A DNA stretch of 64,000 nt from Candidatus Tayloriibacteriota bacterium (GTDB taxonomy: Bacteria > Patescibacteriota > Minisyncoccia > Phycocordibacterales > CAIRYW01). Position numbers and translations under genes: made by a program. Location: contig JAQBQZ010000009.1 in the NCBI GenBank assembly GCA_028286725.1, forward strand, positions 1,408-65,407, read 5' to 3'. Position 1 is the stretch's first letter; each line of letters begins with the position of its first letter. Shown here piece after piece: positions 48,936 through 59,001 of this stretch. The notes below the pieces were generated by a model. It saw nothing but the letters and a program-made list of their open reading frames with translations, did not search any database and had not been told where the DNA came from.

Positions 48936-49439
48936 TTATGCATTAGGTAAACTGCTGCCATCACTAGGAAGAACAGGTGGCGTTCTATCACTTGTATTAT
49001 TTTCCAAAATAGTAAACTCAGGCGAAATCTCAAGCACATTAAGTACAGTTGCAACAATAAGCCATGCAAGCATTATAATGATCACCCCCATTATAGTAGT
49101 ACTAAAAATTTTGTGAGCTTGCTCAACCTTACCCATTTCTCCAAATGCAGTGAGGTACAAAAATCCCGCGTACACAAACATCATTACCGCAATGGTTGCT
49201 GAGATAAAGATAATATATTTTAAAATTCTATTTAAAAGTACAATAAGATCACCCCATCCACATTCCCGGTTGATTGTACCTGAGCCTGTAGTCTGCCCAC
49301 AATCAGTCGATACCAATTGAAAATTAGGATCTGTTGCTGGGTCCCCTGTTGCAGCATTTGCTAACAAAGGAACAGAAAAAGAAAGAAACATTATCCCCAA
49401 AGAAAGAAAACCTATTTTTAATGCATTTTTAATTTTCAT
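48936..49439 (-). CDS. VirB2/TrbC-like pilin 7
   Basis: C..C N-terminal loop, YAGFLYLTAFG..KVEQAH..AWLIV. Confidence 0.78.
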   Translation of the reverse strand: MKIKNALKIGFLSLGIMFLSFSVPLLANAATGDPATDPNFQLVSTDCGQTTGSGTINRECGWGDLIVLLNRILKYIIFISATIAVMMFVYAGFLYLTAFGEMGKVEQAHKIFSTTIMGVIIIMLAWLIVATVLNVLEISPEFTILENNTSDRTPPVLPSDGSSLPNA

Positions 49440-50740
49440 TATTTTAAGAGTTCATCTACTTGCTGGCTAATAAGCTTCGCTGAATCTGCAGGTTTTGATT
49501 TGCCTGTGACAATATCATCAACACCTTGAGCAAATGCTATGCTGGTTTGAATCGGATCTGGGTCAAGCCATGTTTTTGTCCAAAGCGCACTCTCCCAAAA
49601 TACATCTCCAAAAGAGGTGCCGGGTGAAGCACTCAAAAGATCTCTTCGTGCTGGCGGAAGTCCTGTGGCACTTGAAATCAAACTCGCGATCGGTGCGCTC
49701 GTGAGTACTGAAATATTATTGAAAGCGGCCTGCTGATTCTTTGATGTTGCAAGAATAGAGAAGCTGTACATTGTTCCCGAAGTAACTTTGACTGCTGAAT
49801 CTTTTGGTTGAGGCAATGGTGCAATATCAAAATTGAGGTTTGGATTTTTGGCTCGAATATCTCCCGCATCGCTTGCATGTCCAAAATAAAACGCCAAGTC
49901 GCCATTTATAAATGATTTTTCTGAATCAGGAAGGGACCGGTTCCAAGAATAAACAGACTTCAAAGGATCAGAGAATTGTGTAAAGAACGTAAGTGAAGCA
50001 CTAAATGGTGACAAACTGTCTATGGCAGAATCAGCGTTAAGCAAATTAACAGCTCTATCATTTGAATCTCGACCCACAAATACTCCCCCCGCCTGCATTG
50101 TGAGAGCAAGAAGAATATCTTTTGAATACGCAACATTACTATAATCTCCCATCGCAACAGTGCTTTTAAGAATGCTTCTGTCGTCTCTTCTCTCAGTCAA
50201 TAAATTGGTCAATGACAATACTTCTTCCCAAGTTTGAGGAGGTCTCGCAACATTTTTAGAAGTAAGAATGTTTCTGTTCCAATACATCACTAGTGGATCA
50301 ACAAGAAGCGGTACCCCGTAAGTACCCTTTGAAGTCATGAGAGGCTCTGCCCCTTCGACAAAAGTATCTTGAAATGTTCGCGCTGATAGAGCGTCAGTAC
50401 TGATAACGGTAAATTTTCTTTGGTTTTTGAGAAGGAGTGTGTTTGGCAAAAGTACTGCGTCTGGACCGTAGCCATCAGCAAGGGATTCAATAAGAGTCTG
50501 TTCAAAATTATTTGCAGGAATTTCTTTATATGCAATATTTATACTTGCCATCTTTTGACCGCTTACTACATCAAGCACATTAGCAATAGCACCCTCAGGT
50601 ACTGTGCCCCAAATCACTACTTGAGTAGCATCTGCATTAGTGTTTGAGCTAGTGCTGAATTTTGCAAAGACAATAACACCCGTAACAAGAAAAAGAATAA
50701 AAATTCCAAGAATAATTATTTGAGTAGCGTTCGTTTTCAC
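49439..50740 (-). CDS. extracellular solute-binding protein (carbohydrate ABC family 1-like)
   Basis: Probable GTG start; VIWG, GPDAV, YGVPL.VDPLVMYWN, PPQTWEE, FDIAPLPQ. Confidence 0.8.
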   Translation of the reverse strand: MKTNATQIIILGIFILFLVTGVIVFAKFSTSSNTNADATQVVIWGTVPEGAIANVLDVVSGQKMASINIAYKEIPANNFEQTLIESLADGYGPDAVLLPNTLLLKNQRKFTVISTDALSARTFQDTFVEGAEPLMTSKGTYGVPLLVDPLVMYWNRNILTSKNVARPPQTWEEVLSLTNLLTERRDDRSILKSTVAMGDYSNVAYSKDILLALTMQAGGVFVGRDSNDRAVNLLNADSAIDSLSPFSASLTFFTQFSDPLKSVYSWNRSLPDSEKSFINGDLAFYFGHASDAGDIRAKNPNLNFDIAPLPQPKDSAVKVTSGTMYSFSILATSKNQQAAFNNISVLTSAPIASLISSATGLPPARRDLLSASPGTSFGDVFWESALWTKTWLDPDPIQTSIAFAQGVDDIVTGKSKPADSAKLISQQVDELLK

Positions 50741-50831
50741 ATTTATAATTATATAGAGAGAAAGATACAAAGACAAGGGAAAATTCAAAATGCACGGAAG
50801 CGAAGCTTCCGTGCATTTTGAATTAAATAGA

Positions 50832-51356
50832 TTATTTACGAAACACTAATCCATAATGATGCTCCCCCGCATCAATCTCATGATCAAGTACAAGCCCTGC
50901 ATCAGTAAATATTTTCAAAGCGTCTTCTTTTTTAACAAGATGATCCTTGTGTGGCCCCATTCCAGCAAATGAATCCGCCCACTCAATGACGAGCACTCGT
51001 CCTTTTACACGAAGGATTCGCAAAGCTTCTTTTGCAACAGCGTGTTTGTCATCATTTTGAAAAAGAGTGTTCGCAATCAGTACCACATCAACAGAATCTT
51101 TGGTCAAAGTTGAACCTTTTTCTTTCTCAATATCACTCGTTATTATTTCAATATTTTGAATATTCTCCGTTTCTGCTTCTTTTGCGATTTTTTGAAGCAT
51201 ATCACTTTGTACATCAATACAATACACTCGTCCTGTCTCACCCACTTTTCGCGCCAAAAGAAATGCATAATATCCATTACCTGATCCGAAGTCTGCTATC
51301 TGCATACCAACTGATATTCCAAACTGTATTAAATTTTTTTCTGGGTTTGAGAACAT
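50832..51356 (-). CDS. class I SAM-dependent methyltransferase
   Basis: IADFGSGNG, CIDVQ, RILRVKGR. Confidence 0.88.
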   Translation of the reverse strand: MFSNPEKNLIQFGISVGMQIADFGSGNGYYAFLLARKVGETGRVYCIDVQSDMLQKIAKEAETENIQNIEIITSDIEKEKGSTLTKDSVDVVLIANTLFQNDDKHAVAKEALRILRVKGRVLVIEWADSFAGMGPHKDHLVKKEDALKIFTDAGLVLDHEIDAGEHHYGLVFRK

Positions 51357-51476
51357 ATTTTAAAAAGTATTATATATTAAGTATAAGGTATAAAGAATTA
51401 ATTTGAAAGAACCGCATAACAAACTTTGTTTGTTATGCGGTTCTTTATTCTTAATTCCAAATACTTAATTCTATTT

Positions 51477-53957
51477 CTAGAGTGCAATCACTGATGCAAG
51501 TGAATCCCCTTCTCGAAGCTTCATGATTCGTACTCCTTGAGTGTCTCGTCCGAGTGTCGGGATCTCTTTGAGTTCACAACGGATTACCTGGCTTTTCTTT
51601 GAGATTGCCACAAGTTCTTCTGTCTCTGATGTTACCACTCGTGCTGAAATAAGATTACCCGTCTTTGTAGTAACTTTGATTGCTTTTACTCCTGATCCTC
51701 CTCGTCCTTGAGTTTTGAATTCTTTGATCTGTGTTTTCTTTCCATATCCGTTTGAAGAAATAACAAGAATCTCTGCATCTTTAACACCTTTCTTGATCGT
51801 ATCTGCGCCAACAACTACTTCACCTTTATCAATCTTCATTGCTCGCACTCCTCCTGCAGATCGTCCCATTTCTCGAACTTCACTTTCTTCAAATCGGATT
51901 GACTGACCGTCAGATGAAACACAGACGACTTCGTCTCCTTTTTCTACAAAGAGTGCGGATGTGAGCTCGTCACCCTTGTCTAAGGTGATTGCAATGATTC
52001 CACTTCGTCTTACATCTTTGAAATTCTCAGCAGAAACTTTCTTTCCTGTTCCCTGTTTTGTAATAAGGAAGAGAGACAGCCCATCACCTTTTCTTACGTC
52101 TTTTGGCATTGGAAGAATAGATGTCACCTTCTCGTCATTTTGTAGCGAGAGGAAGTTCATGATTGATTTACCTTTTGTTGCACGCTTTCCTTCTGGAATA
52201 TCATACATCTTGATCTGGTATGCCTTACCCTTGTCAGTAAAGAACAAAAGGTCGCTGTGTGTATTTGTTGTGATGAGATGAGAAATGAAGTCCTCTTCTT
52301 TTGTATCAAGATCTACGACTCCAACTCCCCCTCGTTTTTGTTTTCGGTATTCTTCAGGATCTGTTCGTTTGATATATCCTCCTCCCGTGTACACAAGAAC
52401 GCTCTCTTCATCTGGGATTAGATCTTCAACTGAAAATGTCTTTGCATTGTGAGCGACCACTTTTGTTTTTCGCGGATCTGCAAACTTATCTTTAATATTA
52501 CCAAGCTCATCTTTGATGATTTTTGGAATTCGTTTTGGGTTTTCGAGAATGTCTTTCAAATCTTTGATTAAGTCACGAATAGCATCAAGCTCTTCTTGGA
52601 TCTTCAATCTCTCAAGACTTGCGAGTTTCTGAAGTCGAAGTTCAAGGATCGCCACAGCCTGTCGTTCAGAGAACTTGAACTGATCCATAAGACCCTTTCT
52701 CGCATCATCAACAGTTTTTGACGCACGGATAAGTTTAATGATGGCATCAATTGCATCGAGCGCTTTTTTGAGACCTTCAAGAATGTGTTCACGATCAAGA
52801 GCCTTGTTCAAATCGAATTGTGTTCGACGTGTGATAACAATCTTTCGATGTTTTACGAATTCTTCAAGAATTGTTTTAAGTGACAAAGTTTGAGGTACTC
52901 CATCAAGAAGTGCCACCATGTTCATGTGGAATGTTTCTTCGAGTCGTGTGTGTTTGTAGAGGAAGTTTAAGACTTGTTCTGGATAGCTTCCTTTTTTAAG
53001 TTCGATAACGATTCGAACATCCTGAGTAGATTCGTCTCTAAGATCTTTGATGCCTTCAAGTTTTTTCTCACGAACCAAATCAGCAATAGCCATGATGAAT
53101 TCAGATTTGTTCACTCGATATGGAATACTTGTGATGATGATTATCGGATATCCCGCTTTGTCTTCTATGATCTCAGCTTCTCCACGACACAGGATTCCAC
53201 CTCGTCCTTGAGTATATGCGTGAAGCATTTCTTTCTTTCCAAAAATTATTCCACTAGTTGGAAAGTCAGGACCTTTTACGAATTGCAAAAGATCTTCAGT
53301 CGTCGCGTCTTTGTTGTCAATCAAATAATTTATTGCATCAACAATTTCACCGAGATTGTGCGGAGGAATGTTTGTTGCCATACCAACCGCAATACCGAGT
53401 GTTCCATTGAGGATTAGGTTTGGCACCGCAGCAGGTAAAACCACAGGCTCTCGACGAGTGTTTTCGTAGTTTGGTCGGAAATCCACTGAATCCTTTTCAA
53501 TATCACGAAGCATTTCAACCGTGATCTTTGACATCTTTGCCTCTGTGTATCTGTCCGCAGCTGGCGGATCTCCATCAACAGATCCCCAGTTTCCTTGTCC
53601 GATCGCGAGAGGATATCTCATTGTAAAATCCTGCACAAGAGTTACAAGTGCGCCATAAGCAGATGCAGTACCGTGTGGGTGATAATTACCCGTCACGTCT
53701 CCAATGATCTTTGCACTCTTTCGAGTTTTGCCTCCAGGATTAAGACCAAGCTCATGCATTGTATAAAGAATTCGTCTCTGTACCGGCTTCATACCATCAC
53801 GAACATCAGGGAGCGCACGATCTGTAATCACAGACATCGCGTAGTCCAAGTAACTTTCTCGCATTTCAGTAACGAGGGATCGTGGAACAATAGAGAGCGC
53901 TATCGCTTCTGCTTTCTCAGCGTCCGTTCGTTCCTGTTTTGGTTTTTCTTTGGCCAT
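51477..53957 (-). CDS. gyrA: DNA gyrase subunit A
   Basis: [22 protein letters not shown], GyrA-box QKRGGVG, CTD blades. Confidence 0.96.
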   Translation of the reverse strand: MAKEKPKQERTDAEKAEAIALSIVPRSLVTEMRESYLDYAMSVITDRALPDVRDGMKPVQRRILYTMHELGLNPGGKTRKSAKIIGDVTGNYHPHGTASAYGALVTLVQDFTMRYPLAIGQGNWGSVDGDPPAADRYTEAKMSKITVEMLRDIEKDSVDFRPNYENTRREPVVLPAAVPNLILNGTLGIAVGMATNIPPHNLGEIVDAINYLIDNKDATTEDLLQFVKGPDFPTSGIIFGKKEMLHAYTQGRGGILCRGEAEIIEDKAGYPIIIITSIPYRVNKSEFIMAIADLVREKKLEGIKDLRDESTQDVRIVIELKKGSYPEQVLNFLYKHTRLEETFHMNMVALLDGVPQTLSLKTILEEFVKHRKIVITRRTQFDLNKALDREHILEGLKKALDAIDAIIKLIRASKTVDDARKGLMDQFKFSERQAVAILELRLQKLASLERLKIQEELDAIRDLIKDLKDILENPKRIPKIIKDELGNIKDKFADPRKTKVVAHNAKTFSVEDLIPDEESVLVYTGGGYIKRTDPEEYRKQKRGGVGVVDLDTKEEDFISHLITTNTHSDLLFFTDKGKAYQIKMYDIPEGKRATKGKSIMNFLSLQNDEKVTSILPMPKDVRKGDGLSLFLITKQGTGKKVSAENFKDVRRSGIIAITLDKGDELTSALFVEKGDEVVCVSSDGQSIRFEESEVREMGRSAGGVRAMKIDKGEVVVGADTIKKGVKDAEILVISSNGYGKKTQIKEFKTQGRGGSGVKAIKVTTKTGNLISARVVTSETEELVAISKKSQVIRCELKEIPTLGRDTQGVRIMKLREGDSLASVIAL

Positions 53958-53972
53958 AAATTTTTGTTGTTG

Positions 53973-54278
53973 TTAATTTACCACACTGCCCGTCGTTGTC
54001 GTAGATGTTTGTGTCTCCATATCTGTGTTCCCATTATTAATATTTGAAATATCCTTTGGAATTATTTTTGTCACCGTATTATATACTTTTTCTATACTTT
54101 GTTCAAAAGCGCTGTAAGCACTTGCTCCTTTTGTCGCAGCACCATCTATAGTGGTTACAAAAATTCCAAAAAAATTAAATATCCAGAATACAAAAACAAA
54201 AAAAGTGAGCATCGAGGCAAGCGTTAATACCACTTTTCTTTTTGACTCGGGCGATAAGCTTCGAAGTCTTCGTAACAT
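53973..54278 (-). CDS. single-TM hypothetical protein
   Basis: 101 aa, co-oriented between MBL-like gene and gyrA. Confidence 0.65.
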   Translation of the reverse strand: MLRRLRSLSPESKRKVVLTLASMLTFFVFVFWIFNFFGIFVTTIDGAATKGASAYSAFEQSIEKVYNTVTKIIPKDISNINNGNTDMETQTSTTTTGSVVN

Positions 54279-54284
54279 AATTGG

Positions 54285-54896
54285 TTATGAATTTAGAATT
54301 ACAATCTCACCCTCTTTTCCATCCAAATCCTTTCTTTTGAGAGTAAGCTTATCGAGCTTTTCTGGCACTCCTGAACCTTCTTTTACAAAGAGCTTGATGT
54401 CTGCCTCATCACCTAAGGGAATTATGAGTTTTGACTCGAGCTTTACTGCAAGCTTGTATGCTTTTGCAGGCGGGAGCATATCACCACCAACAGGCACAAA
54501 GAGAATATCAATATCTGTGAGTGATTCTGTCGCCTCATCACTTATTTCTCCATTTGAAAGTGCCCCAAGAAAACAAAGATTCATTCCGTCAAAAAAGATA
54601 GAGTATATAGTATTAATCTTTCTCTCCTTTCCATCTACTCCTTCACTCTCAAATCCTTTTATAAATACATTCTTCACTTCATATTCTCCAGGACCAACAG
54701 CAACGAAAGGTTTTTTCTCTCCAAAAGAGATCTCATCAACACCATTGAAGTCTGCTGAGTTCATAGAAATGAGTCCGATGTCTGCTCCAAATTTTGAAGT
54801 CTTGAGTTTTGACGCTTTTGAAATAGGGTTCACCGCAACAATCGTATCGCCTGATTGAGCCTTGATAAATTGTCCGCCGTGGTAAGTAAGGATCAT
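54285..54896 (-). CDS. MBL-fold hydrolase-like protein (metal ligands degenerate)
   Basis: GPGEYEV, DIDILFVPVGG, IIP; SMNSADFN in place of HxHxDH. Confidence 0.75.
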   Translation of the reverse strand: MILTYHGGQFIKAQSGDTIVAVNPISKASKLKTSKFGADIGLISMNSADFNGVDEISFGEKKPFVAVGPGEYEVKNVFIKGFESEGVDGKERKINTIYSIFFDGMNLCFLGALSNGEISDEATESLTDIDILFVPVGGDMLPPAKAYKLAVKLESKLIIPLGDEADIKLFVKEGSGVPEKLDKLTLKRKDLDGKEGEIVILNS

Positions 54897-55058
54897 GAAT
54901 GTAGAATTAAGTATTATGTATTAAGAATGATGAATAAATGCAAATACAAGAAGTGCAAAATTCGATGTGGTCATTGTAGCATATTTAAAAAAGGAGGAAA
55001 ATAAAAACCGCACAAGCTTGGGAGCTGTGAGGTTCTGCAGATAATCTTCAGAGCAATT

Positions 55059-55241
55059 TTACTCTTCAGTGTACAAAATCAAGCAGCTGAAGACGCATTT
55101 GACCACAACACTCTCTTTGGTTGCTCCAGCGTACTTGACCTCCAAGTAACTGAAGCTCTTACCCTTTAGCCAGGAATTAATCCTCTCTTCAAAATCACCT
55201 TCGTCATCAGATGTAAAGATCTTAGCTTTTATATTCTTCAT
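55059..55241 (-). CDS. 60-aa hypothetical protein (Cse60/DUF2758-like)
   Basis: KIF..FEERINSWL..VKY..SCLILY pattern; hairpin terminator downstream. Confidence 0.55.
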   Translation of the reverse strand: MKNIKAKIFTSDDEGDFEERINSWLKGKSFSYLEVKYAGATKESVVVKCVFSCLILYTEE

Positions 55242-55506
55242 ATTATTAAAATGATGGTTTCGTTTTCCCTTTCATTCAAGCACCGTTTGTTCGTTAGGGT
55301 AGAAAAAAACTGCAAAAGGTTCTTTCTACCCTAACGAAACTATTACTAGTTATTATAATAATATAAAAATATAAAAAGTCAATACTTCACAAAGCTCAAA
55401 AATCAAGTACTATAAGGCGATTATTAGTTAATTGTAGAGGTAATCTCGCTATTGTTAAATTGCTACGAGCGACGCAAGCGAAACCCTACTTACACATTAA
55501 AATTAT

Positions 55507-56622
55507 ATGGCAAAGGTATCAAAAGAAGAGACAGCCCTGATCCTCGAAGCGAAAAAGGAAAATCCTGTTCACTTGAAGATCATCGCTGACTCTATGACTC
55601 CACCAGGAATCGGAGATCTAGTGGAAGGTCCAGTTATTACTATCGGTAAAGGTGTTGTATACATTGACCTCTTCCCTTACGGAACAGGTATCATCTACGG
55701 ACGAGAATTCATCGCAGTGCGAGACGTTCTCCGAAAGATCAATGTTGGCGACACAGTCGCTGCGAAAGTTGTTGACCTCTCAAATGATGAGGGCTATGTT
55801 GAACTTTCTCTCAAGGAAGCAAAACAAGCAGCTATCTGGTCTGATGCTGAAAAGGCAATGAAGGAAAAGAAGATCTTTGAAGTAACTGTACTTGAAGCAA
55901 ACAAAGGTGGACTTCTCATCAATTGGCAAGGTGTTCAAGGATTCCTTCCAGCATCCCAGCTTAAGAGCGAGCACTACCCACGAGTATCTGATGGAGACAA
56001 AGATCGAATCCTCGAAGAGCTTAAGAAGCTCGTTGGAGGCAAGCTTTCTGTTGCGATCATCGGAGCTACTCCAAAGGATGGCAAGCTCATCTTCTCTGAA
56101 AAAGTTCAAGGATCAGAAAACCGAGAAAAGATCGTTGGCAAATATGTTGTTGGCGATGTTGTAGACGGTGAAGTGACTGGAATCGTAGACTTCGGAGCAT
56201 TCGTGAAGATCGAAGACGGTCTCGAAGGATTGATTCACATCTCAGAAATTGACTGGGGACTAGTAGAAGACCCGCGAGCATTCTTCAAAGTTGGAGACAA
56301 GATCAAGGTAAAAGTGATCGAAGTTAAAGACGGAAAAGTATCTCTCTCAGTAAAAGCACTCAAGGACAATCCTTGGACTGAAGCTGCAAAGAAATACAAG
56401 AAGGATGACACAGTACAGGGTGTTGTAATCAAATTCAATCGACACGGTGCGCTGGCATCTATCGAAGAAGGTGTTGCAGGACTCGTACACATCTCAGAAT
56501 TCGGTAGTGAAGAAAAGCTTCGAGAGAAACTCGAGCTTGGAAAGAGCTACTCATTCAAGATTTCACTCTTTGATCCAAAGGAACAGAAAATGGCTTTGGT
56601 ATTCGGAGCGAAGAAAGAATAA
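55507..56622 (+). CDS. rpsA: 30S ribosomal protein bS1
   Basis: Four S1 repeats (NKGGL, GFLPASQL, DFGAFV, GLIHISE). Confidence 0.93.
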   Translation: MAKVSKEETALILEAKKENPVHLKIIADSMTPPGIGDLVEGPVITIGKGVVYIDLFPYGTGIIYGREFIAVRDVLRKINVGDTVAAKVVDLSNDEGYVELSLKEAKQAAIWSDAEKAMKEKKIFEVTVLEANKGGLLINWQGVQGFLPASQLKSEHYPRVSDGDKDRILEELKKLVGGKLSVAIIGATPKDGKLIFSEKVQGSENREKIVGKYVVGDVVDGEVTGIVDFGAFVKIEDGLEGLIHISEIDWGLVEDPRAFFKVGDKIKVKVIEVKDGKVSLSVKALKDNPWTEAAKKYKKDDTVQGVVIKFNRHGALASIEEGVAGLVHISEFGSEEKLREKLELGKSYSFKISLFDPKEQKMALVFGAKKE

Positions 56623-56670
56623 GAAAAATAAAATCAGCCGCGGCCCAAAGGGCCGTGGCTGATTTTATTT

Positions 56671-57003
56671 TTACTTTAATAATTCCAATCCCCTCTTCTT
56701 CATTTCATCTTGAACAAAGTCCCGAGTCTGTTTCATCGAAGCCAATATAGCTTGTTCCAATTGCTTCGATCCTCGACCTTCTTGAGTATCAGGATACCAG
56801 TTTGGGTCAGCTAACTTTGCCTCCAAATCAGCAATCGAACCGTGCGACCCGCCCTCACGACTACCATTAGTTTCATCTGCTAGCATAAGATCCTCATACT
56901 GTTGTTTTAAGTAATCATCCTCCCATCCCACTATAACTTCTCTCCGTTCCTCAGGTGAAATAACATGAGCGCTAGTTTCTGATTGTGGAAATTCTTCATT
57001 CAT
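56671..57003 (-). CDS. acidic ORFan (cargo A)
   Basis: 110-aa ORF convergent with rpsA, terminator 56626-56670. Confidence 0.65.
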   Translation of the reverse strand: MNEEFPQSETSAHVISPEERREVIVGWEDDYLKQQYEDLMLADETNGSREGGSHGSIADLEAKLADPNWYPDTQEGRGSKQLEQAILASMKQTRDFVQDEMKKRGLELLK

Positions 57004-57157
57004 ATAAATTCATTTTAATATTAATCTTTAATATTAAAATTATATAACGATAAATTGATTTGTACAATAGTACATAAATTTGACCATCTTTCTCGTTTGA
57101 ACATTTCTCCACCAGACTCTATCTAAACTTCTTTTGTTTCTTTCGTAGTTCATATCC

Positions 57158-57254
57158 TTAATTAAAATTAGTCATTCCTTTTTTGTAAACTGTCCTTCAT
57201 AATAACTTCAAGTGCTTCATATACTTTCTTCCCCACTTTTTCTATAATATCAAG
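57158..57254 (-). pseudogene. diverged duplicate fragment of the pth 3' end
   Basis: Reads EALEVIMKDSLQK-(frameshift)-GMTNFN* versus pth GALEVIVTDSLQKGMTDFN*. Confidence 0.75.
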
Positions 57255-57298
57255 AAAAAAATACACAAGGGGAGGGATAGTTCTGTGTATTTTTGAAT

Positions 57299-57334
57299 AA
57301 AATGGCTTTGGTATTCGGAGCGAAGAAAGAATAA
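57299..57334 (+). repeat. exact 36-bp duplicate of the rpsA 3' end
   Basis: aaaatggctttggtattcggagcgaagaaagaataa identical to 56587-56622. Confidence 0.92.
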
Positions 57335-57408
57335 TTCAAAAGTAAAAATAAAAAGCACGACACCTACGGTGTCGTGCTTTTTATTTTTAAAACAACAATC
57401 TTAATTAT

Positions 57409-57702
57409 TTACCCAGCTAAAGAAGAGTCTAATAGCGACATTTTTACTTCCAAATCTAAGACTATTCTAGATAACTCTTGCACATCTGCTTTAGAAGATT
57501 TGAGTGCCTGTGCAAGCTCATGTATATATTCTATTTCTTTATCACTAATTTCATTTGAATCTAATTGAGAATATTGAGTCACTGTTTCTCTACAATTCAC
57601 AATGAATTGAGATAGTGCGCCCAATTCATTTAGAATTAGACCGTATTGTTGTTTTAATTGCTCCCTTGTAATTGGTTTTTCGATCTCTTCTGGACTGCTC
57701 AT
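57409..57702 (-). CDS. helical ORFan (cargo B)
   Basis: 97-aa ORF, terminator 57345-57388. Confidence 0.65.
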   Translation of the reverse strand: MSSPEEIEKPITREQLKQQYGLILNELGALSQFIVNCRETVTQYSQLDSNEISDKEIEYIHELAQALKSSKADVQELSRIVLDLEVKMSLLDSSLAG

Positions 57703-57726
57703 TTTTTGTATTTATTTTTAATTTAT

Positions 57727-58314
57727 CTAATTAAAATCCGTCATCCCCTTCTGCAAACTATCAGTAACAATTACTTCGAGAGCTCCGCACACCTTCTTTC
57801 CTACCTTCTTTATAATATCTAATTCTGGTTTTTTGAAATCTCCTACAATAAAATCGAGCATCTTTTCGTGATCTGGTTTTTTGAGCTTTCCTGTTGGAGT
57901 TGTAGGACAGATCCCAATTCTAACTCGAGCAAATGCTTCACTTTTGACACTTCGAACGATCGATTCAATACCTTTATGTCCTCCGCTCCCTCGATTAAAT
58001 ACAATCTTCATACTTCCCAAAGGTAGATCGAGATCATCCTGAATAACAATTAATTTCTCAAGTTTCTTTGGACTACCGGCTAAATCTTTAACCGAAATTC
58101 CAGACTTGTTCATAAATGTTTGAGGCTTCACAAGCAACACTTTTTCACCACTCACTTCAGCTTTTGAGATAAGTGAATCTCTCGTATTATCTCTTTTCCA
58201 ATCGCTTCCTTCATTTTTCTTTGCGAACTGGTCGAGAATAATCATTCCCGCATTATGTCGAGTATTTTCGTATTCTTTTTCTGGATTTCCGAGTCCAACA
58301 ATTATATAGCCCAT
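57727..58314 (-). CDS. pth: peptidyl-tRNA hydrolase
   Basis: GLGNP, TRHNAG, KPQTFMNKSG, DDLD, GGHKG, RVRIGI. Confidence 0.95.
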   Translation of the reverse strand: MGYIIVGLGNPEKEYENTRHNAGMIILDQFAKKNEGSDWKRDNTRDSLISKAEVSGEKVLLVKPQTFMNKSGISVKDLAGSPKKLEKLIVIQDDLDLPLGSMKIVFNRGSGGHKGIESIVRSVKSEAFARVRIGICPTTPTGKLKKPDHEKMLDFIVGDFKKPELDIIKKVGKKVCGALEVIVTDSLQKGMTDFN

Positions 58315-58415
58315 AAATGTATATTAAAATAATATTTTGTATTTACAAAATTAGTATTAGGATGTTAATTTTGCCTTGCGTCAATAAGCACTTATATAAT
58401 ATCATTGTGTTACCA

Positions 58416-58973
58416 ATGGAACAACAAAAGAAAAAAGGTATCGTGAGAGATTTTTTTGAAGCGTTCATTATCGCACTTTTGATAGCGTTACCTATCAAAT
58501 ATTTTGTTGCATCCCCCTTTATAGTTCGACAAACTTCGATGTTCCCAACATTTAAAGATGGCAACTACTTAATCGTTGACAAACTCTCATACAAATTTGA
58601 AGCACCGAAAAGAGGTGAAGTGATTGTTTTCAAGCCGCCTTTTGATAACACAACATATTTCATTAAGAGAATTGTCGGGCTTCCAGGAGAAACAGTGATC
58701 GTCGATAACGAAGGCGTCACAATCAAAAATACTGAGCATCCAGAGGGATTCAAACTCAATGAGCCATACGTATCTTCTTCAAGAGACAATGCAGTCACGA
58801 CAGTTCTCGACAACGATCATTATTTTGTTATGGGTGACAACCGCTCTGTCAGTTCTGATTCTCGAAACTGGGGACCTCTCCCAAAAGAAAACATCAGCGG
58901 ACGAGCACTCCTTCGACTCTTCCCTTTGAGCAGTCTCGATTATATGCCAGGCAAATCAACAGATAACGAATAG
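58416..58973 (+). CDS. lepB: signal peptidase I
   Basis: SMFPT, IKRIVGLPGE, FVMGDNR..SSDSR.WG. Confidence 0.95.
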   Translation: MEQQKKKGIVRDFFEAFIIALLIALPIKYFVASPFIVRQTSMFPTFKDGNYLIVDKLSYKFEAPKRGEVIVFKPPFDNTTYFIKRIVGLPGETVIVDNEGVTIKNTEHPEGFKLNEPYVSSSRDNAVTTVLDNDHYFVMGDNRSVSSDSRNWGPLPKENISGRALLRLFPLSSLDYMPGKSTDNE

Positions 58974-59001
58974 AATCAATGAGGTTTAGTATTCAAAGAC
59001 A

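Noticed and set aside
57040-57153. Short minus-strand ORF MNYERNKRSLDRVWWRN...
   Set aside because: No supporting motif or terminator; more likely a remnant following the pth fragment
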